Positions 25,622-32,000 of a stretch of DNA of 32,000 nucleotides are shown here, piece by piece (within the stretch, counting starts at the first letter, position 1; each line of letters opens with the position of its first letter). The notes beneath the pieces are model-generated. The model made no database searches, was not told the DNA's origin, and saw nothing but the letters and a program-made list of their open reading frames with translations. Made by a program: the position numbers and the translations under genes. Origin of the DNA: Phycisphaera mikurensis NBRC 102666 (GTDB lineage Bacteria > Planctomycetota > Phycisphaerae > Phycisphaerales > Phycisphaeraceae); contig NC_017080.1 of assembly GCF_000284115.1 (NCBI RefSeq), positions 1,770,001-1,802,000 of the forward strand, read 5' to 3'.

Positions 25622-27082
25622 ATGAGCGCTCCCGACGATCCCATCGCCGCTTCCGAAGGCTCCACCCGCACCGAACGCGATTCCATGGGCGAGATGCAGG
25701 TGCCGGCGCAAGCCCTCTACGGCGCCTCCACCGCCCGCGCCGTCGCGAACTTCCCGATCGCCCACCGCCCGCTCGCCCCCGCAATCCTGCACGCCTTCGG
25801 CGAGCTCAAAGCGGCCTGCGCGGAGGTCAACCTCGAGGCCGGGCTGCTGGAAGAGGACCTCGCCCGGGCCATCGTCGCCGCCGCCGAGGAGGTCGCGCGG
25901 GGCGAGCACGACGGGCACTTCCCGGTGGACGTCTACCAGACCGGCTCGGGCACCTCGACGAATATGAACGCGAACGAGGTCATCGCCAACCTCGCGAACC
26001 AGAAGCTCGGCCTGCCGAGCTCGCCCGGCGGCGACCGCGACCCCAACGCCAAGCCCCGGGTCCACCCCAACGACCACGTCAACCTGGGGCAGAGCAGCAA
26101 CGACACCTTCCCCACGGCGATGCACATCGCCGTCTCGCGGCAGATCCACGACCGGCTCGTCCCCGCGCTCAAGAAGATGACCGACCGTCTCGCCGAGCAG
26201 GCGATGCGCTGGGACGGCATCACGAAGATCGGCCGCACCCACGTGATGGACGCGACGCCGATCCGCGTGGGCCAGGTGTTCTCCGGCTACGCCGAGCAAG
26301 GCGAGTGTGCCGCCCGCTTCGCCATGCTCGCGCTCAAGAGCACCAACGACGGCGTGCCCATTGGCGGCACCGCCGTGGGCACCGGCATCAACACGCTCCC
26401 CGGCTTCGGCGGGAAGGTCTGCCAGAAGCTCAGCGAGCGGACCGGTCTCCGCTTCCAGGAGGCGAACAACCACTTCTGCGCCCAGTCCTGCAAGGACGAG
26501 TTCGTCTACGCGCACGGCTGCCTGAAGACCGGCGCGATCGCGCTCTCGAAGATCGCCAGCGACATCCGCCTGCTCGGCAGCGGCCCCCGCGCCGGCCTCG
26601 CCGAGCTGAACCTGCCGGCGATCCAGCCGGGCAGCTCCATCATGCCCGGCAAGGTGAACCCGGTGCTCTGCGAGTCGGTCATCCAGGTCGCCTGCCGCGT
26701 GATCGGCAACGACGCCGCCATCGCGACGGCCAACCTCGGCGGCGTCGGCTCGCTCTTCGAGCTCAACGTCGCGATGCCGGTGATGGCCGACGCCTTCCTG
26801 GAGTCGATTGACCTGCTCACCAACGCGACGCTCGTGTTCACGGAGAAGCTGCTCGACGGGCTCGAGGTCAACGAGGACCGCTGCCGGGAGCTGCTTTCCC
26901 GCTCGCTGATGACGGTCACCGCCCTCGCTCCCGAGCTCGGCTACGACGTCTGCTCGGACCTCGCGAAGGAAGCACACCGGTCCGACCGCACCATCAAGGA
27001 GCTGGTGCTGGAGCGTGGGCTGATGGAGGAGTCGGCGCTCGACGAGGCGCTCGACGCGGAGAAGATGACCCGGCCGGGGTGA
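25622..27082 (+). CDS. fumC: Class II fumarate hydratase
   Basis: 486 aa; ERDSMGEMQVPAQALYGASTARAVANFPI, YQTGSGTSTNMNANEVIANLA, NDTFPTAMHIA, GSSIMPGKVNPVLCESV. Confidence 0.95.
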   Translation: MSAPDDPIAASEGSTRTERDSMGEMQVPAQALYGASTARAVANFPIAHRPLAPAILHAFGELKAACAEVNLEAGLLEEDLARAIVAAAEEVARGEHDGHFPVDVYQTGSGTSTNMNANEVIANLANQKLGLPSSPGGDRDPNAKPRVHPNDHVNLGQSSNDTFPTAMHIAVSRQIHDRLVPALKKMTDRLAEQAMRWDGITKIGRTHVMDATPIRVGQVFSGYAEQGECAARFAMLALKSTNDGVPIGGTAVGTGINTLPGFGGKVCQKLSERTGLRFQEANNHFCAQSCKDEFVYAHGCLKTGAIALSKIASDIRLLGSGPRAGLAELNLPAIQPGSSIMPGKVNPVLCESVIQVACRVIGNDAAIATANLGGVGSLFELNVAMPVMADAFLESIDLLTNATLVFTEKLLDGLEVNEDRCRELLSRSLMTVTALAPELGYDVCSDLAKEAHRSDRTIKELVLERGLMEESALDEALDAEKMTRPG

Positions 27083-27100
27083 AATCGACGCCCGCGGGAA

Positions 27101-27121
27101 GCCTCCGGTAACTTCGGAGGC
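27101..27121 (+). promoter_or_regulatory. Small hairpin abutting the folD start codon
   Basis: GCCTCCG-GTAACTT-CGGAGGC, 7-bp perfect stem ending one base before ATG 27122; it contains the GGAGG sequence. Confidence 0.35.
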
Positions 27122-27961
27122 ATGCCTGCAGAACTGCTCGACGGAACCAAGACCGCCAACGAGATCCTCGGGAAGATCCGCTCTCAGGTGGCGGTACGCG
27201 TCGCGGGGGGCGGCTCCAAGCCCACGCTGGCGACGGTGCTGGTGGGGGCGGACCCGGCGTCGATCACGTACACCCGGATGAAGCGGAAGCGCTGCGAGAG
27301 CGTCGGCATGCGGTCGCTGAAGGTGGAGCTGCCGGCGGAGACCACCACCGAGCAGCTGCTCGCCGAGATCGAGAAGCTCGGGAACGACCCCGGCGTGCAC
27401 GGCATCCTGCTGCAGCACCCCTGCCCGCCGCACATCGACGAGCGAGCGGCCTTCGAGGCGATTCCCACGGCCAAGGATGTGGACGGCGTCACGCTGGGCA
27501 GCTTCGCGGACATGTGGTTCGGCCTCGGAGGCTTCGACTCCTGCACGCCCGGCGGGATCATGCGGCTCTTGAGGGCCTACGACCTCCCGCTCTCGGGCAA
27601 GCGGGCGGTGGTGATCGGCCGGTCGGCGATCCTCGGCAAGCCGATGGCCGGGCTGCTGCTCGCCGCCGACGCGACGGTGACGATCTGCCACAGCCGCACG
27701 CCCGACGTCGCCGCGGCGGTGCGTGAGGCGGACGTGGTGGTGGCGGCGGTGGGGCGGGCGGAGTTTGTGAAGGGCGACTGGATCAAGCCCGGGGCGGTCG
27801 TCGCGGACGCCGGCTACAACGCCGGCAACGTGGGCGACGTGGAGCACGCCGCGGCGGCGGAGCGGGCCGCCTGGATCACGCCCGTGCCCGGCGGCGTGGG
27901 GCCGATGACGATCGCGACGCTGCTGGAGCAGACGCTGGTGGCGGCGGAACGCGACGCGTAG
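27122..27961 (+). CDS. folD: Bifunctional methylenetetrahydrofolate dehydrogenase/methenyltetrahydrofolate cyclohydrolase
   Basis: 279 aa; YTRMKRKRCESVGM, GILLQHPCPPHIDE, PTAKDVDGV, CTPGGIMRLL, AVVIGRSAILGKPMAGLLLAADATVTICHSRT, ITPVPGGVGPMTIATLL. Confidence 0.96.
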   Translation: MPAELLDGTKTANEILGKIRSQVAVRVAGGGSKPTLATVLVGADPASITYTRMKRKRCESVGMRSLKVELPAETTTEQLLAEIEKLGNDPGVHGILLQHPCPPHIDERAAFEAIPTAKDVDGVTLGSFADMWFGLGGFDSCTPGGIMRLLRAYDLPLSGKRAVVIGRSAILGKPMAGLLLAADATVTICHSRTPDVAAAVREADVVVAAVGRAEFVKGDWIKPGAVVADAGYNAGNVGDVEHAAAAERAAWITPVPGGVGPMTIATLLEQTLVAAERDA

Positions 27962-27981
27962 CGGGTTGGGGCGAGGGTCCC

Positions 27982-28013
27982 GTGGATCCGTGGATCCGTG
28001 GATCTGTGGATCC
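27982..28013. repeat. Four tandem copies of an 8-bp unit GTGGATCC
   Basis: GTGGATCC GTGGATCC GTGGATCT GTGGATCC, running directly into repeat copy C. Confidence 0.85.
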
Positions 28014-28057
28014 GCGGACCGTCGGCTCATCGCCGCAGGAACACGCTCGGTCCGCGG
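28012..28057. repeat. 46-nt inverted-repeat element, copy C
   Basis: CCGCGGACCG TCGGCTCATCGCCGCAGGAACACGCT CGGTCCGCGG; perfect 10-bp arms. Confidence 0.85.
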
Positions 28058-28206
28058 AGGGGCGGCGGCGGGAGCCGTCCGTCCCGCCCCGTCCGTCCCG
28101 CCGCGTCCGACTCGCGCGCAGCCGGGTGGATCGCCCGCGGGAGGTCCGGCCGGGCGGCTCCCGGCGCGGTTGCCCGCGCTCCCTGCCAACGGCCGATACG
28201 CCGGGC

Positions 28207-30897
28207 GTGAACCTTCCACGCGTGCTGCTCCTGGGCTTCCTTCCGCTCGCGGCCTCGGCCGCGCGCGCGGAGCCCGAGCGGCTGATCGCCCGCTTCGACT
28301 TCGAGGAAACCAACGACGCGGGCGTGCAGCTGGGCAGCGGGCTGACGCTTCCGCGCTCGTGGGCACCGATCGGGCGGGACCCGGGCACGGGCGACCCGGC
28401 CTTCGCGCAGGTGCCGATCCACCGGGAGCTGATCGCGCGTGGCGGGCACCCGCTGTTCAACCCGGTCGGCTACGCCCCCGCGGAGGGGGAGCCGGGGTAC
28501 GTGCTGCGGCTGGCGACCCGCGGCGGCGACGTGGGGGCTTACCTCGCGGCGGGCGCGGTCCCGACCGAGGCGGGAGGCGTGTACCGGGTTGCGGCGCGGC
28601 TGAGGACGCGCGGGCTCGATCACGGGTCGGTCCGGGTGCTCGGCTGCATCGCCGACACCCGCGGCCGGCGGATCCCCGGGACGCTCGCGGCCGCGGCGCC
28701 GGCCGGGCCGGCGGACGCCGGCGGGTGGCAGGCGTGGGAGGTCCAGCTCGAGGCGCCGGCCGGGGAGGACGCGGGCGACGGATCGGTCGTCCTGGAGGTC
28801 GCGCTGCTGCAGCCGCGGCCCGACCCGACGGACCCGCTCGGCGACGAGCGCGTGCTGCCGGTGGAGACCGACGCGACGCTGGAGGTGGACGACGTGGAGG
28901 TCCGCCGCCTGCCCCGGGCGGATTGGACGACCCGGCAGCCGCTGCAGGTCGTCGAACTGCCGGCCCGCCCGGAGCTGCGGCTGCGGGCGAGCGACCTCGG
29001 CGTGGGGCAGCTGCGGGCCCGGCTCCGGCTGCGCGACCTCGACGGCCGCGTGGTCGCGTCGGAAGAGCGAGCGATCGACCAGGAGGGCGTGCTGCGGTGG
29101 CGGCCGGACCTCCCGCGCCTGGGCTGGTACGAGGCCGAGGCCGACGTCGTCGACGAGCAGGGGGCGGTGCTGCTGTCCCGCCGCCTCGCCCTCGTGCACG
29201 GGCCCGAGGAGCCGGCCGAGCCCCGCCGGGCCGACGCTCACCCTCGGTTCCTGCTCGACCTGTCCGACCTCCCGCTCGAACCCGCCCGGCTGCTGGGCGT
29301 CGCGGCCGCGTCGGGCCTGCCCGGCGTGCTGCTCCCGGCCTGGACCGAGACGCTGGAGGCGGAGGAGCTGCCGGCGCGGGCGGAGGCGCTGGCCGCCGCC
29401 GCACGGTCGCTTCACGCGCGGAGCATCAAGCTGGAGATCGCGCTGGGCCCGCGGCCGGCGGCGTTCACGTCCCGCAGCCCCGCGATGGGCGTCGGCGTGA
29501 TCGATCCCGGCGGCTTCTGGCGGCCGTGGATCGAGCCGCTGGTGGTGGGGGTCGGCGGGCGGACCGACGGCTGGTGGCTGGCCCGGCCGGCGGAGGCGGA
29601 GGCGGCGCCCGGAGCGCTCTTCGCGTCGTCTCCGGGGTTCTCGCGGCTCGTCGGGGACTGGGCGGCGGGCACGCGGGTCCGGCCGGTCGCGGGCTTCGAC
29701 CGCCTCGGTCTCGCCGGCGAGGCGGTCGCGGACACGGCGAGCGTGCTCCCTTTGCCGCTCGCGCCGGAGGACCCCGCGTCCATCGCCGGCGGCTGGGTCG
29801 CCGTGCGGCCGGAAGCCGCCGCCGCCACGTCGCGCCGCGTCCAGGCCGAAGCCTTCGCGAACACGTTGCTGGACGTGGCCGCCGCCCGGCCCGACGCCGG
29901 CTTCGTCGTGGGCCCGCTCGTCCGGCTCCACCGCGGCGAACCGGTGGCCACGCCGCTGCTCCCGGTCGCCCGGCGGCTGAGCCGCTGGACGATCGGCTTC
30001 GGGGAGGCCACGCCCTGGCGGGCCGCCGAGGGCGTGGAGGCCTGGGTGCTGCCCGGCGGCACGTTGGTGGTCCGGGCCGCGGCGGGCGGGCCGGTGGGCG
30101 CGGCGCTCGCGCTGGGGGAGGCGCCCGCAGCGGTCGTCGAGGACGTCTGGGGCAACCGCTGGAAGCCGGCCGGCGCGACCGCGAGCACTGCCGAGGTCCG
30201 CGTGGGGCGGAGCCCGCTGCGGGTCACCGGCCTGCCGCCGGGGCCGCTGGGCATGCGGGCGAGCTTCGGGATCGACCGCCCGCTGCTGGAGGCGACGCCG
30301 CGGCCCCAGCCACGCGTGCTGGTGCTGCGGAACCCGCACGACGCGGCGATCCGCGGCGAGCTGCGTGTCCGCACCCCGCCGGGGTGGACGGTCCGGCCGA
30401 CGCGGATCCCGCTGAACCTCGCCCCCGGCGCCACCGCCTCGCTGCCGGTGGAGCTGCAGGTCGCTCCGCACGCCCAGACCGGGACCGTCTTGCTTGATGC
30501 CGAGGCGGTTTACGACCTGCAGGGCCCGCGCACCGTCTCGCTGCGAACGCCGCTGACGCTGGGCGTTCCCGGGCTCCGGCTGCAGGCGAGCGTCGCCGAG
30601 GCCGCGCCACGCGGCAGCGGCGACCTTCTGGCGACGTGCGTCGCCTTCAACGACGGCGACACCGCCGCCGCCCTCACCGTGTTCGCGCAGGTCGCCGGCC
30701 AGCCTTACAGCGAGCGTCTGGCCCCGCAGGTGGAGCCGGGCGGCTTCGCGGTCTTCCGGTTCCGCTTCGCCGGCGCGGCCGAGGAGGCCACCCGCTCGCC
30801 GGTCCTCTGCGGGGTGAGACGCAGCGGCAACCCCGGAGCGCTCAACCGGCACCTCCTCCTCAAGCCGGCGGCCGGACGCGGGTCGGAGCGGGACTGA
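28207..30897 (+). CDS. Large secreted protein of unknown function (multi-domain, beta-rich)
   Basis: GTG start VNLPRVLLLGFLPLAASAARAEPERLIARFDFEETND (signal peptide), then a continuous about 896 aa frame with a jelly-roll/CBM-like N-terminus and NEW-type beta domains near the C-terminus (TPPGWTVRPTRIPLNLAPGATASLPVELQV). The ORF track opens at 27982. Confidence 0.75.
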   Translation: MNLPRVLLLGFLPLAASAARAEPERLIARFDFEETNDAGVQLGSGLTLPRSWAPIGRDPGTGDPAFAQVPIHRELIARGGHPLFNPVGYAPAEGEPGYVLRLATRGGDVGAYLAAGAVPTEAGGVYRVAARLRTRGLDHGSVRVLGCIADTRGRRIPGTLAAAAPAGPADAGGWQAWEVQLEAPAGEDAGDGSVVLEVALLQPRPDPTDPLGDERVLPVETDATLEVDDVEVRRLPRADWTTRQPLQVVELPARPELRLRASDLGVGQLRARLRLRDLDGRVVASEERAIDQEGVLRWRPDLPRLGWYEAEADVVDEQGAVLLSRRLALVHGPEEPAEPRRADAHPRFLLDLSDLPLEPARLLGVAAASGLPGVLLPAWTETLEAEELPARAEALAAAARSLHARSIKLEIALGPRPAAFTSRSPAMGVGVIDPGGFWRPWIEPLVVGVGGRTDGWWLARPAEAEAAPGALFASSPGFSRLVGDWAAGTRVRPVAGFDRLGLAGEAVADTASVLPLPLAPEDPASIAGGWVAVRPEAAAATSRRVQAEAFANTLLDVAAARPDAGFVVGPLVRLHRGEPVATPLLPVARRLSRWTIGFGEATPWRAAEGVEAWVLPGGTLVVRAAAGGPVGAALALGEAPAAVVEDVWGNRWKPAGATASTAEVRVGRSPLRVTGLPPGPLGMRASFGIDRPLLEATPRPQPRVLVLRNPHDAAIRGELRVRTPPGWTVRPTRIPLNLAPGATASLPVELQVAPHAQTGTVLLDAEAVYDLQGPRTVSLRTPLTLGVPGLRLQASVAEAAPRGSGDLLATCVAFNDGDTAAALTVFAQVAGQPYSERLAPQVEPGGFAVFRFRFAGAAEEATRSPVLCGVRRSGNPGALNRHLLLKPAAGRGSERD

Positions 30898-30930
30898 CCA
30901 CGCCGCCAGCGGCCCAAGAGCAGAGCCGCT

Positions 30931-31149
30931 TCCCGGGCAGCGCTCCGCTGATCGCGAAGAGCACATAAGCACGAAGTGCCGCGCCTCGATCACCCGATGC
31001 GCGCCCGCTCGTCATCCCTTGCGAAAGCAAAGCAGGCCGTCGCAACATGCAACGCAACAGCGGCCGAGCGTTCTCCAACCCGATCTGCCCCTCTTCGCGG
31101 CTTCGTGCCTTCGCGCCCTTCGCGATGGAGCGCAGCGTCCACCCGGGAG
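30931..31149. repeat. Long imperfect inverted repeat in a convergent intergenic region
   Basis: Left ATCGCGAAGAGCACATAAGCACGAAG (30951-30976) versus reverse complement of right (31101-31126) ATCGCGAAGGGCGCGAAGGCACGAAG, 21/26 identical; pairing continues outward through GCGCTCC/GGAGCGC and TCCCGGG/CCCGGGA. Confidence 0.65.
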
Positions 31150-31219
31150 CAACAGAACAAGCTCCGACCCCGTCGCAAGCTCCTGTAAGGATTCCTCCCG
31201 GGCGGAGCCCCGATGCGGT

Positions 31220-32000
31220 TCAGGATCCGCCGAGCGCCGCCGCCTCGACCCGCCGCGTCTTGAGCAGCAGCAGCGCGGCCTCCAGCTGCGGGTCCAGCCC
31301 GAGGTCCAGCAGGTCCTCGGGCTGGAGACCCGGCACCTCCACCCGCTCCCGCGCTCCCTCGTCCTGCGGGTCGAGCGGGTCGAGGCCGACGCGTTGCACG
31401 GCCGGATGGCTGCGGGTGAGCAGCGGCGGCGCGGCACCGGGTCCGCGGAGCACGTCGAGCTCCTGGCGCAGCTCGACGCCCCAGGCGACGAACTGGTCGG
31501 GCACGGGGATCTCGATCGTCGGATCGATCCCCCACCGGTCCGCTCCCGGGGCCCGGTGGATCACGGCGCCGCCGGGGAGGCGGTAGTGGTGGGTCGTCAC
31601 CTTCATGCCCCAACGCGGCGGCCGGGTCGATCGCTCGCCGGGGTTCCAGAAGACGTTCTGCACCGAGCCCTTCCCGTAGGTCCGCTCGCCGACGACGGCG
31701 GCGCGGCCGGTGTCGCCGAGGATGCCGGCGACGATCTCCGCCGCCGAGGCCGAGCCCCGGTTGACGAGCACCGCCAGCGGCAGCTCGGTGTCGGTGCCGC
31801 GTCGGCGGGCCTGGTACTTGTCGCGGACGTTGCCGGCGGCGTCGATGGTCTCGACCAGAGGCCCGTCGTCGACGAAGAGGTCGGCGATCTCGATCGCGGA
31901 GCCGAGGAGGCCGCCGGGGTTGAAGCGGAGGTCCAGGATCAGGCCGTGCAGGCTGCCGTCGGCCCGGAGGCCCTCCAAACCGGCTTTCAGGTCGTCCGCC
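31220..32000 (-). CDS. S41 family (C-terminal processing) peptidase, N-terminus truncated by the window edge
   Basis: ADDLKAGLEGLRADGSLHGLILDLRFNPGGLLGSAIEIADLFVDDG...LAVLVNRGSASAAEIVAGILGDTGRAAVVGERTYGKGSVQNV; NRGSASAAEI contains the S41 catalytic Ser. The frame stays open to base 32000. Confidence 0.92.
   Translation of the reverse strand, partial: ADDLKAGLEGLRADGSLHGLILDLRFNPGGLLGSAIEIADLFVDDGPLVETIDAAGNVRDKYQARRRGTDTELPLAVLVNRGSASAAEIVAGILGDTGRAAVVGERTYGKGSVQNVFWNPGERSTRPPRWGMKVTTHHYRLPGGAVIHRAPGADRWGIDPTIEIPVPDQFVAWGVELRQELDVLRGPGAAPPLLTRSHPAVQRVGLDPLDPQDEGARERVEVPGLQPEDLLDLGLDPQLEAALLLLKTRRVEAAALGGS

Noticed and set aside
25607-30993. Antisense ORFs 25607..28366 and 28027..30993, plus sense-frame 25612..26811 and 27966..30497
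   Set aside because: Shadow ORFs of fumC, folD and the large secreted protein; repetitive R/G/A/H-rich content and no plausible starts or domains.
1-32000. Search for defence-system, toxin-antitoxin, phage, recombinase, CRISPR or BMC-shell signatures
   Set aside because: None of the motifs I would recognise (transposase DDE, integrase, RT, Cas, helicase/nuclease pairs, BMC shell) is present in the convincing ORFs.

Overview
This is a high-GC bacterial chromosomal window. The gene repertoire (DUF1570-type protein, PEP-CTERM protein, ExbB/ExbD/TonB-like cluster, secreted low-complexity proteins) fits a planctomycete/Phycisphaerae-like organism, but that taxonomy is inference. Most of the sequence is explained by about 23 protein-coding genes, mainly on the + strand: a LolA-like protein (edge-truncated, minus strand), a DUF1570-like gluzincin, proC, DoxX, a UbiD-family decarboxylase, a small membrane protein, a PEP-CTERM protein, GH130, a deoxysugar catabolic set (fucose-isomerase-like, rhamnulokinase-like, class II aldolase, Gfo/Idh/MocA oxidoreductase), metG, a PilJ-like/GGDEF/EAL protein, a GH26 mannanase, sdhB, a cluster of secreted coiled-coil proteins with ExbB/ExbD/TonB-like and TPR-like proteins, fumC, folD, a large secreted protein of unknown function, and an S41 protease truncated at the right edge. 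No CRISPR array, rRNA, tRNA or intact transposase is visible. The most unusual signals are intergenic. A fixed-length 46-nt inverted-repeat element, CCGCGGACCG-N26-CGGTCCGCGG, occurs four times exactly, with a fifth degenerate copy, always in a gap between co-directional genes. There are also several long imperfect palindromes, one of which looks like a TAA-flanked MITE. No complete novel defence or mobile system is demonstrable from this window. The ExbBD/TonB-like cluster with secreted coiled-coil partners is the best protein-level candidate for an undercharacterised system.
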